Source: an uncultured Actinomycetes bacterium | GTDB taxonomy: Bacteria; Actinomycetota; Thermoleophilia; Gaiellales; JAICJC01 | Reading direction: 5' to 3' | NCBI GenBank assembly: GCA_963757605.1 | Contig: CAVWSF010000001.1 | Location: forward strand, 25,531-89,530 | Length of the DNA: 64,000 nucleotides | Part shown: positions 8,325 through 16,745 of the stretch, piece after piece | Layout: each line of letters begins with the position of its first letter | Position numbering within the stretch: the stretch's first letter is position 1 | Notes under the pieces: model-generated | Databases searched by the model: none | What the model saw: only the letters and a program-made list of their open reading frames with translations | What the model was told of the DNA's origin: nothing | Made by a program: the position numbers and the translations under genes

Positions 8325-9938
8325 CTACTCGTAGCCGAGGTCGCGCAGGCGCTCGAGGATGCCGGCCTCCTCGTCCGAGGAGTAGACGTCGGCGTCGCCC
8401 TCCGACGGCTCGGCGGCGACGGTGACCGCCTCGTCGGCCGGGGCGAGGATCGCCTCGATCGGCGGTTCCAGGCCGTCGCTCGAGAGGCCGTGCAGGCGAA
8501 GGACGGTCGCCGCGAGCTGAGCGATCTCGCTGCCTTCTGGCAGCGTGCCGGGGCGGATCCCCGGGCCGGCCGCGGCGATGATCCCCGTGACCCCGTGATG
8601 GCCCGAGTAGCCGTAGAAGTGCTCCGGGTCGAGCGTGTCGTGGTGCATGAAGACGTCGGGCCAGTCGCGCCGCGACGACTCGACGTGGACGCGCTCGTCG
8701 CGCGGGATCAGCACCAGCTCGGGCGCCCGGTCGAGGTGGTCGCCGTGGTAGATCTCGCCCTTCCGCAGCACCTCGAAGAGCGGCTCACCGGTCTCGGGGT
8801 GGGGGATCGCCTCGAGGTCGCGCGCCAGCCGGTCGGCGAAGGCCGCGTCGTGGCGCGCTCCGGTCGCCTCGCCGAGATAGATCTGGCCGCCGGTGGCGAA
8901 GCAGTAGGCGCGGGTGCGGCCGAAGTCGACGTCGGAGAAGGCGCGGACGGCCGCCGGCCGCGGGAGCAGCGGCACGAGGTCGGCCATCCTCCCGTACCAG
9001 GTGGTCGTGCGCGCCAGCCGGCCGTCGGCCAGCGCGAGCTTGCGCAGCCGGCCGCGCAGGAACCGCTGGAGCGACCGGCGCCGGTAGCGCAAATGGCCGG
9101 CGCGCCGCAGCCACTCGTTCGCGTGGAACGTCCAGTAGATCGGCTTCATGCCGTGGTCGGACATGACGATCGCGGTCGGCTCCTCGCCGTAGCGCTCCCG
9201 GGCGGCGTCGATCAGCTCGCCGCAGACCCGGTCGACGGCCTGGTAGACGCGCACCAGCTCGTCTCCGGCCTGGTCGGGGTCGTGGGCCGGGTGGCTCGGG
9301 TCGAGCCGGGCGTAGCCGAGGTGGCCGGCGAAGTCCGTGCTCATGAAATCGACCGCCAGGAGGCCCAGGTCGGGCTCGAGCTCGAAGCAGGTCTTGCAGG
9401 CCGCGCCGATCTCGTCGACGTGCCGGATCAGGGTCGCCGCGTAGCGCTCGAAGTCCTCCCACCAGCGCTCCTTCATGGGGTGGTGGGCGGTGACGAGGCC
9501 GGGAAGGCGGGCCTCGATCTCGCGCGCGGCCGCCTCCGGCAGGATCTGCGGCCGCTCCGGGCCGCCGTAGCCCGAGACGACGACCCCGTCGATCGCCTCG
9601 GCCGGATACGTGAACGGCACCGTGACGAAGGCCGAGCGGACGCCGCCCGCCCCCAGGAGCCGCCACAGCGGCGCCCCCGACCGGCTGGCCGCGCTCTCGA
9701 CGCGCGACCGGCCGCGGTTGGGGTTGGACGAGAAGTTGAAGATGCCGTGGCCGGCCGGGTTGAGGCCCGTCAGGAAGGACGACCACGCGGTGGGCGTCAC
9801 CGCCGGGATCGTCGAGCGCAGCGGCCCGTACGCGCCGTCACGGACGAGCCGGCCGAGCGTGGGGAGCTTCCCCTCGGCCAGCAGACGGTCGACCAGATCG
9901 CGGTCGGCCCCGTCGAGACCGAGGACGAGCACCCGCAT
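8325..9938 (-). CDS. Alkaline-phosphatase-superfamily protein (type I phosphodiesterase/nucleotide pyrophosphatase-like), paralog 1
   Basis: MRVLVLGLDGADRDLV, TIPAVTPTAWSSFLTG (Thr nucleophile region), VMSDHGM and SGHHG fit this superfamily. Confidence 0.75.
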   Translation of the reverse strand: MRVLVLGLDGADRDLVDRLLAEGKLPTLGRLVRDGAYGPLRSTIPAVTPTAWSSFLTGLNPAGHGIFNFSSNPNRGRSRVESAASRSGAPLWRLLGAGGVRSAFVTVPFTYPAEAIDGVVVSGYGGPERPQILPEAAAREIEARLPGLVTAHHPMKERWWEDFERYAATLIRHVDEIGAACKTCFELEPDLGLLAVDFMSTDFAGHLGYARLDPSHPAHDPDQAGDELVRVYQAVDRVCGELIDAARERYGEEPTAIVMSDHGMKPIYWTFHANEWLRRAGHLRYRRRSLQRFLRGRLRKLALADGRLARTTTWYGRMADLVPLLPRPAAVRAFSDVDFGRTRAYCFATGGQIYLGEATGARHDAAFADRLARDLEAIPHPETGEPLFEVLRKGEIYHGDHLDRAPELVLIPRDERVHVESSRRDWPDVFMHHDTLDPEHFYGYSGHHGVTGIIAAAGPGIRPGTLPEGSEIAQLAATVLRLHGLSSDGLEPPIEAILAPADEAVTVAAEPSEGDADVYSSDEEAGILERLRDLGYE

Positions 9939-9952
9939 GGCGGCGATTCTAT

Positions 9953-9977
9953 CGACGGGCCCGTGCCTCGCCCGTCG
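9953..9977. promoter_or_regulatory. Inverted repeat in the 44-nt divergent spacer between the two AP-superfamily paralogs
   Basis: CGACGGGC-N9-GCCCGTCG has perfect 8-bp arms and lies between start codons 9938 (-) and 9983 (+). Confidence 0.3.
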
Positions 9978-9982
9978 GTACC

Positions 9983-11386
9983 ATGCCCGCCGTGCCGACC
10001 GCCGAGAAGCTCATGATCGTGGGCCTGGACTGCGTGCCGCCGGAGATCGTCTTCGACGACATGCGCGACGAGCTGCCCGTGCTGCGCGGCCTCATGGAGC
10101 GCGGAGCGTGGGGGAAGCTCGAGTCCTGCGATCCGCCGATCACCGTCCCCGCGTGGTCGTGCATGATGTCGTCGCGCGACCCCGGCACCCTCGGCTTCTA
10201 CGGGTTCCGAAACCGCAAGGACCACTCCTACGACGGGCTGACGTTCGCCACGTCCGACAAGGTGAAGGTCGACCGCCTGTGGGACATGCTCTCGCGCGAG
10301 GGCAAGCACGTCGTGGCCCTGGGCGTCCCGCAGACGTTCCCGCCGCGGCCGGTGAACGGCGAGATGGTGAGCTGCTTCCTCACGCCCAGCACCGACTCCA
10401 AGTTCACCTATCCCGAGGAGCTGAAGGACGAGGTGCGGCGCGTCGTCGGCGACTACATGGTCGACGTGCCCGACTACCGCACCCCCGAGAAGGACCGGAT
10501 CCTGCGCGACATCAACGAGATGACGCGGCGCCGGTTCGCGCTCGCCCGCCACCTGCGCGACACCCGCCCGTGGGACTTCCTGATGCTGGTCGAGATGGGC
10601 CCCGACCGGCTGCACCACGCGTTCTGGCGCTTTTACGACCACGAGCATCCCGACTACGAGGCCGGGAACCCCTACGAGGAGGGCTTCCGCGAGTACTACC
10701 GCTACCTCGACCGCGAGGTGGGCGGCCTGATCGAGGGCCTCGACGACACCACCGCGCTGCTCGTCGTCTCCGACCACGGTGCCCAGGCGATGCACGGCGG
10801 CATCCAGGTGAACGAGTGGCTGATGCAGGAGGGCTACCTGAGCCTGGTCGACAGGCCGACGACGCCGACGCCGTTCGGCAAGGTGCAGGTCGACTGGCCG
10901 CGCACGCGCGTCTGGGCCGACGGCGGCTACTACTCGCGCATCTTCATGAACGTGAAGGGGCGCGAGCCGGAGGGCACGATCGACCCCGCCGACTACGAGC
11001 CGCTGCGCGACGAGCTCATCGCGAAGCTCGAGGCGCTCGGCGACGAGGACGGGAACTCGATCGGGACGCGGGTCTTCCGGCCGACCGACCTGTACCGCGA
11101 GGTAAACGGGGTCGCACCCGACCTGATCTGCTACTTCGGCAACCTGGCCTGGCGCTCGATCGGGTCGGTCGGCGACGGCCGCGTCCAGGTGCGCGAGAAC
11201 GACACCGGCCCAGACGACGCCAACCACGCCAAGTACGGCATCGCCATCATGCTCGGGCCGGGGATGCCGGACTCGATCCCCTCGGATGCGCATCTCTTCG
11301 ACATCGCGCCGACCCTGCTGACGGCGCTCGGCATGGACGTCCCGGCCGAGATGCGGGGCCGCGCGCTCCAGCGCGTGCCCGTCTGA
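9983..11386 (+). CDS. Alkaline-phosphatase-superfamily protein (type I phosphodiesterase/nucleotide pyrophosphatase-like), paralog 2
   Basis: LMIVGLDCVPPEIV, PPITVPAWSCMMSS, VVSDHGAQAM and GPDDANH share the architecture of the divergent neighbour. Confidence 0.75.
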   Translation: MPAVPTAEKLMIVGLDCVPPEIVFDDMRDELPVLRGLMERGAWGKLESCDPPITVPAWSCMMSSRDPGTLGFYGFRNRKDHSYDGLTFATSDKVKVDRLWDMLSREGKHVVALGVPQTFPPRPVNGEMVSCFLTPSTDSKFTYPEELKDEVRRVVGDYMVDVPDYRTPEKDRILRDINEMTRRRFALARHLRDTRPWDFLMLVEMGPDRLHHAFWRFYDHEHPDYEAGNPYEEGFREYYRYLDREVGGLIEGLDDTTALLVVSDHGAQAMHGGIQVNEWLMQEGYLSLVDRPTTPTPFGKVQVDWPRTRVWADGGYYSRIFMNVKGREPEGTIDPADYEPLRDELIAKLEALGDEDGNSIGTRVFRPTDLYREVNGVAPDLICYFGNLAWRSIGSVGDGRVQVRENDTGPDDANHAKYGIAIMLGPGMPDSIPSDAHLFDIAPTLLTALGMDVPAEMRGRALQRVPV

Positions 11387-11426
11387 GGTTGCGGACGGGC
11401 GGGCGTGCCCGCATACTGGCCCCTCA

Positions 11427-12746
11427 GTGTCCTATACCGACCGCGACACCGCTCACGTTCTCGCCGCACTGATCGTGCTGCTCATCAGCGCGCACACCTG
11501 CGGTTACGTGTTCGCACGGTTTCGCCAGCCACCCGTGATCGGCGAGATCGTCGGCGGGATCCTGCTCGGGCCGACGCTCTTCGAGCGGGTGTCGCCGACG
11601 GCGTACGACTGGCTCTTCCCCTCGACGGGAGCGGTGCCGGCGGTGCTCGGAGCGGCCTACCAGCTGGGCCTCCTGCTCCTGATGTTCACCGCCGGGACGC
11701 AGGTCCGTGGCCTCCTCAGCCGGGAGTCGTCGAAGGTGGTCGGATGGATCGCCTCGCTGGGCCTCGTCATCCCCTTCGTCGCGGGCGTCGTGGCGTTCAC
11801 CGCCATCGACTTCAGCCGCTTCGAGGGCACGGCGCAGAACCGCACCGCCCTCCTGCTCGTCTTTGCGCTTGCGATCGCCGTGACGAGCATCCCGGTGATC
11901 TCGCGGATCATGCTCGACCTGGGTCTCCTGAAGACCCGCTTTGCCCGGATCGTGCTCTCGGTGGCGGTCATCGAGGACGTCGTCGTCTACGTCGTTCTGG
12001 CAGTTGCGGTCGGCATCGTGGCGGGCACCGGCTCGGCGCAGTTCGGCCTCGCCGGCCAGCTCGGCTGGGATCCCGGCTCGACGGCCAACGAGGCCTACCA
12101 CACGGTCGCGACGCTGGCGTTCCTCGCCGTCGCCCTCACGCTTGGCCCGCGTCTCTACGCCGCCGCGCTGCACTCGAAGTTCAACTTCGTGAAGCGGCGC
12201 AGCCACGTCGCCTTCCAGCTCGTGGTCATGATCCTGATGAGCGGGGCGTGCCTGCTGCTCAGCGTCGTGCCGCTGTTCGGCGCGTTCGTCGCCGGCATCG
12301 TTGTCGTCACGGCCTCCGGCGATCGGGCCGAGTTCGCGCGGGAGGAGATCGCGCACTTCTCGCTCGGGTTCTTCATCCCCGTCTACTTCGCGATCGTCGG
12401 CATCCAGCTCAACCTGGTCGACAACTTCGACATCCCGTTCTTCCTCGCGTTCCTGGCGTTCGCCTGTCTCGCCAAGGCCGGCAGCGTCTACGCCGGCGCG
12501 CGCCTTGCGGGTGAGCCGGGGAAGAGCGCGCTCAACCTCGCGGTCGCGATGAACGCCCGCGGCGGCCCGGGGATCGTGCTCGCGTCGGCCGCGTTCGGGG
12601 CGGGGATCATCGACTCCCGGCTCTACACCTCGTTCGTGATGCTCGCGGTCGTGACGTCGCTGGTCGCCGGGACGTGGCTCCAGCGGACGATCGCCGCCGT
12701 CCCGGCGCCGGCGGCCGACGCCGCAGACGCCCTGGCGCGCGGCTGA
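11427..12746 (+). CDS. Cation:proton antiporter (CPA2/Kef-type Na+/H+ exchanger family)
   Basis: A polytopic membrane protein with QPPVIGEIVGGILLGPTLF and about 12 hydrophobic segments. GTG start. Confidence 0.85.
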   Translation: MSYTDRDTAHVLAALIVLLISAHTCGYVFARFRQPPVIGEIVGGILLGPTLFERVSPTAYDWLFPSTGAVPAVLGAAYQLGLLLLMFTAGTQVRGLLSRESSKVVGWIASLGLVIPFVAGVVAFTAIDFSRFEGTAQNRTALLLVFALAIAVTSIPVISRIMLDLGLLKTRFARIVLSVAVIEDVVVYVVLAVAVGIVAGTGSAQFGLAGQLGWDPGSTANEAYHTVATLAFLAVALTLGPRLYAAALHSKFNFVKRRSHVAFQLVVMILMSGACLLLSVVPLFGAFVAGIVVVTASGDRAEFAREEIAHFSLGFFIPVYFAIVGIQLNLVDNFDIPFFLAFLAFACLAKAGSVYAGARLAGEPGKSALNLAVAMNARGGPGIVLASAAFGAGIIDSRLYTSFVMLAVVTSLVAGTWLQRTIAAVPAPAADAADALARG

Positions 12747-12789
12747 ATCACCCTTCTTCCCGGCGCGTTCCTGCCGATAACTGGCAGTG

Positions 12790-12969
12790 ATGATCCGGCA
12801 TCTGAGGACATGGCACGCGGCGGCATTCGGCGCTGCGCTGGCCGGCGTGACGATCGGCCCGCAGCTCCCGCGCGAGCTCGTCGTGCTGATCCCGCCCGTC
12901 CTCGTCGCGGGCTTCGTGCTCGGCTACGCCAGCGCCCTGCGCGAGACGACCCGGAACACGTCTCAGTAG
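12790..12969 (+). CDS. Hypothetical small membrane protein
   Basis: High third-position G+C and two hydrophobic stretches. I recognise no homolog. Its 3' end overlaps the convergent ADH stop. Confidence 0.35.
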   Translation: MIRHLRTWHAAAFGAALAGVTIGPQLPRELVVLIPPVLVAGFVLGYASALRETTRNTSQ

Positions 12970-14024
12970 ACGATCACCGAGCGCACCGCCTCGCCGCGGC
13001 GGATGCGCTCGAAGGCGGCGTTGATGTCGTCGAGCCCGCACCGCTCGATCAGCGGGTCGAGCCGCAGCCGTCCGGCGCGGTAGAGCGAGACCAGCATCGG
13101 GAAGTCGGCCTGTGGGCGGCACGATCCGTACCAGCAGCCCCGGATCGCCTTCTCGTCCATCGTGAGCGAGAGCGCGTCGAAGCTGGGGCGGGCGTCCGGC
13201 GGCGCCATGCCGACCAGGATCGCCTGTCCGCCGCGCGCCGCGAGCGAGATCGCGAGCTCGATGGTCGCGAGCGGGCCGACGGCCTCGAAGCTGTGGTCGA
13301 CCCGCACCGAGTCGGCCGCCTCCTCCGGCGAGCACGTGCGCGTGGCGCCCATCTCACGGGCCAGCTCGTGTTTCGCGGGGCTGGGGTCGACGGCCACGAT
13401 CTCGCCGGCGCCCGCCACGGCCGCGGCCTGCACGATGTTGAGCCCGACCCCGCCGCAGCCGACGACTGCGACCGAGTCGCCGGGCCGCACCTTGGCGGTG
13501 TTCAGGACAGCGCCGAACGCGGTCATGACCGCGCAGCCCATGAGCGCCATCTCCGCCAGCGGCAGGCTGGGGTCGATCGGGATCGCCGTCTGGGCCGGCA
13601 CCACCGTCCGCTCGCCGAACGACGAGGTGGTGGAGTGGTGGATGGCCGTCCCGTTTCGGTGAAAGCGGGTCGTCCCGTCCATCATGAGGCCGGCGTCCGA
13701 CCAGCCCAGGTTCTCGCACACGTTCGGCCGCCCCGCGACGCAGAACCGGCAGCGCCCGCAGTAGGGGAGCCAGCTCAGGAGGGCGTGGTCGCCCACCGCG
13801 ATCCCGGTCACGCCCGGCCCGACCGCCTCGACGACGCCCGCGCCCTCGTGGCCGAGGATCGCCGGCCGCGGGTGGGGATGGATGCCGTCGACGACGTGCA
13901 GATCGGAGTGGCAGACGCCGCTGGCCGCCATCCGGATCGCCACCTCGCCCGCCTGGGGCGGGTCGACCTCGACGTCCTCCACCCGGAGCGGCTCGCCGGC
14001 CTCGTACAGGATCGCAGCCCGCAC
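12963..14024 (-). CDS. Zinc-dependent alcohol dehydrogenase (class III / mycothiol-formaldehyde dehydrogenase-like)
   Basis: Has GVCHSDLH, GHEGAGVVEAVG and the CGRCRFCVAGRPNVC structural-Zn motif. GTG 14024 gives the typical N-terminus (VRAAILYEAG); the ORF also allows 14066. Confidence 0.85.
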   Translation of the reverse strand: MRAAILYEAGEPLRVEDVEVDPPQAGEVAIRMAASGVCHSDLHVVDGIHPHPRPAILGHEGAGVVEAVGPGVTGIAVGDHALLSWLPYCGRCRFCVAGRPNVCENLGWSDAGLMMDGTTRFHRNGTAIHHSTTSSFGERTVVPAQTAIPIDPSLPLAEMALMGCAVMTAFGAVLNTAKVRPGDSVAVVGCGGVGLNIVQAAAVAGAGEIVAVDPSPAKHELAREMGATRTCSPEEAADSVRVDHSFEAVGPLATIELAISLAARGGQAILVGMAPPDARPSFDALSLTMDEKAIRGCWYGSCRPQADFPMLVSLYRAGRLRLDPLIERCGLDDINAAFERIRRGEAVRSVIVY

Positions 14025-14128
14025 GCGCCTACCGTACTGCGTTCGCCGGATCCGGGTGCGGTGCATGCGCGGCGGCGCGGGAACCGGTCACGGATCCGCG
14101 CCGGTTCGATCACAGGGATGAGCCCCGA

Positions 14129-14228
14129 TGAAACACCGGGACCTGGTCAATCTGTTTCACGGATGAAACGCCGGGACCAGGTCCCCGTGTTTCACGCCGT
14201 CGCCGGGACCAGGTCCCCGTGTTTCACG
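14129..14228. repeat. Three tandem ~31-bp palindromic units TGAAAC-N19-GTTTCA with core GGGACC-N-GGTCCC
   Basis: Units span 14129-14159, 14164-14194 and 14196-14226. The 28 nt CGCCGGGACCAGGTCCCCGTGTTTCACG is repeated perfectly at 14169 and 14201. The array lies in the ADH / ABC1-kinase divergent intergenic region. Confidence 0.8.
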
Positions 14229-14266
14229 GCCGTCGCCTGCATCGGCCGCTCGCGTACCATTGCGGC

Positions 14267-15920
14267 ATGGCCAGCCTGTCGGAGCGGCGTCAGACTGTCG
14301 GCCGCCTACGTGAGATCGCCCAGGTCGCGACCCGGCACGGCTTCGGGTTCGTATTCGAGCGGCGGGCGCTTCGGCGGGCGGCGGTCATCGACGACCAGAA
14401 CCTGCCGGCGCTCGGCCGCCACCTGCGCGAGACGCTCGACGAGCTCGGGCCGACCTTCGTCAAGTTCGGCCAGCTGCTCTCGACGCGCCCCGACATCGTC
14501 CCGGCCGAGATCATCGCCGAGCTGCGCCAACTCCAGGACGACGTGCGCCCGTTCCCGTATGCCGAGGTGGAGCGGATGATCGAGGAGGACCTTCACGCGC
14601 CGATCGAGAAGCTCTACACGGCCTTCGACCCGGTGCCGGTGGCAGCGGCGTCGATCGGGCAGGTGCACCTCGCCGAGCTCCCCAGCCGGCGGCTCGTCGC
14701 GGTGAAGGTGCAGCGCCCCGGCGCGGGCCGCCAGATCGAGCGCGACCTGGCTCTGCTCTACCAGGTCGCCCGCATCGTGAAGCGGCGCGTCGACCGGCTC
14801 GACTTCATCGACCCCGTCGCCGTCGTCGACGAGTTCGCCCGCTCGATCCGGCGCGAGCTCGACTACCGGATCGAGGCCCGCACGCGCCGAGATCTTCCGC
14901 CAGAACTTCGCCTCCGACGCCCGCGTCCTCATCCCGAAGGTCTACGGCACCTACTCCAGCGGCCGTGTGCTCACGCTCGAGCGGCTGGAGGGGATCCAGC
15001 TCGCCGACCTCGACCTCGAGACGACGCCGATGGACGAGCGCCGCCGGCTCGCGCTCCTGATCGCGGAGACCTGGCTCGAGATGATCTTCCGCCACGGCCA
15101 CTTCCACGGCGACCCGCACCCGGCCAACATCTTCGTGCTCGACGACGGCCGGCTGGGCCTGGTCGACTTCGGCATGACCGGCTCGCTCTCGGACGGCGAC
15201 ATGCGCCGCCTGACCCGGCTCCTCCTCGACGCGGTGAACGAGAACGTCGACGCGCTCCCGCGCCGGCTCTACGAGCTGGGCGTGCGCTTCAACCGCGAGC
15301 AGGAGGAGGAGCTGCGGATCGAGCTGCGCGAGGTCTACTACCGCTACTACGGCGTCGCGATGGGCCAGATCGACCCGCTTCAGGTCATCCGCGAGGCGTT
15401 CGTCCTGGTCTCGCGCATGCACCTGCGCCTCCCGACCCGGTTCGCGCTCCTCGACAAGGCGCTCGCCACGCTCGGCGGCGTCGGCACCGAGATCTATCCC
15501 GACTTCAACGTGTTCGAGGTGGCCGAGCCGTACGCGGCGGAGCTGGTGCAGCGGCGGTACTCGCCGCGGAGGCTGGCCGAGCGGGGCTGGGAGGAGGCCG
15601 AGAGCTACAGCCGCCTCCTGATGGAGCTGCCCTACCAGGTGCACGACACGCTGGAGCAGTTCCGCGACGGCGAGGTCGAGGTGCAGTTCCGGCACAAGGG
15701 GCTCGACCAGCTCACGAGCCATGCGGACATCGTGATGAACCGGCTCGTGATCGCGATCGTGATGGCGGCGACGATCGTCGGCTCGTCGCTGATCGGGATC
15801 TCGGCCGACGGCGGCTGGCACATCTTCGGCCTCCACGTGCTGGCGCTGGCCGGGTTCCTCGTGGCGTCAGGGCTGGGGTTCGTGCTGGTCGCGTCGATCG
15901 TGCGCTCCGGCCGCCTCTGA
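14267..15920 (+). pseudogene. ABC1/UbiB-family atypical kinase, reading frame broken once (frameshift or sequence error)
   Basis: Frame 2 reads MASLSERR...GPTFVKFGQLLSTRPD...IGQVH...DYRIEAR. The protein continues in frame 3 from ~14886 (AEIFRQNF...HGDPHPANIF...VDFGM...) and ends with two C-terminal TM segments. One extra base sits near 14882-14885. Confidence 0.8.
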
Positions 15921-16739
15921 CGCCCGCCAGAACGCCTCCAGCCGCTCGTTGCACGGCGCCCCCAGGAGCTGCGGCTGGTGCGCGGCGCCCGGGAAGACCG
16001 CCTCCTCGGCGCCGAGCCGCTCGACGAGAACCGAGCAGACCGCCGCGAACGCCGCCCCGGCCAGGTCGCGGGCCGACGGGTCGGTCTCGTCCCAGGCGCC
16101 GCGGGCGACCAGCACCGGGAGGCCCGCCGCCGCCAGCCGGTCGAGCGGCACCTCCGCCTCCCACGGCGGACGCTCGGTCATCGACGAGCGAACGCCGCGC
16201 CGGGCCCGAGGGGCCAGCGTGCGCGGAGACAACTGCTCGAAGCCCCACGCGCGCAGGAAGCCGTCCAGGAACGCCTCCTCCGACAGCGCCTGCCCCTCGG
16301 CGAAGTGCCTGTCGATCCGGGCGACGACCTCCTCGACCGACGGCGTCCCGCGGGCGAGGGCGAACGCCGGCGGCTCGATCACCGCGAGCGAGCGGACGCC
16401 CTCGGGGCGCTTTGCGGCCGCCAGGAGGCAGACGATGCCGCCGTAGGAGTGGCCGACGAGGTGGGCCGGCTCGGCGAGAAGCGCCGCCAGGTCGCGGGCG
16501 TCCTCCTCGAAGTCAACGCGGCCGGCCCGGTCGGGGCTCGTGCCGTACCCGCGCCGGTCGAGCAGCTCGAGCCGGCGCCGCTCCGCCAGCGGCCGCTGCT
16601 CCGAGAAGGCGAGCTCGCCGAAGCTCATGCTGCCGTGGACGAGCACGGCGCGCGGCCCGTCGCCCCAGATCGTCCGGTGAAGGTCGCCTGCGGCGGGCAC
16701 CGCGGCAGGATAGGGCACGTCCGAGGCCCCCCATAGCAT
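15867..16739 (-). CDS. Alpha/beta hydrolase fold protein
   Basis: Has AVLVHGSMSF and the GHSYGG nucleophile elbow near the start of this 291-aa protein. Everything 5' of 16739 in the same 1157-aa ORF is antisense shadow of recJ. Confidence 0.7.
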   Translation of the reverse strand: MLWGASDVPYPAAVPAAGDLHRTIWGDGPRAVLVHGSMSFGELAFSEQRPLAERRRLELLDRRGYGTSPDRAGRVDFEEDARDLAALLAEPAHLVGHSYGGIVCLLAAAKRPEGVRSLAVIEPPAFALARGTPSVEEVVARIDRHFAEGQALSEEAFLDGFLRAWGFEQLSPRTLAPRARRGVRSSMTERPPWEAEVPLDRLAAAGLPVLVARGAWDETDPSARDLAGAAFAAVCSVLVERLGAEEAVFPGAAHQPQLLGAPCNERLEAFWRASEAAGAHDRRDQHEPQP

Positions 16740-16745
16740 GGCCGG

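Noticed and set aside
14151-14170. GTTTCAC-GGA-TGAAAC next to the ADH gene as a possible Rex (redox repressor) or CRP/FNR operator.
   Set aside because: The half-sites do not match the Rex consensus TTGTGAA-N4-TTCACAA or TGTGA-N6-TCACA as I know them. The spacing and bases differ.
14169-14228. A perfect 28-nt direct repeat with short spacing; is it a CRISPR array?
   Set aside because: There are only two perfect copies plus one degenerate inverted copy. The spacer is 4 nt, the repeats are internally palindromic, and no cas genes are present. I treat it as an operator/hairpin array.
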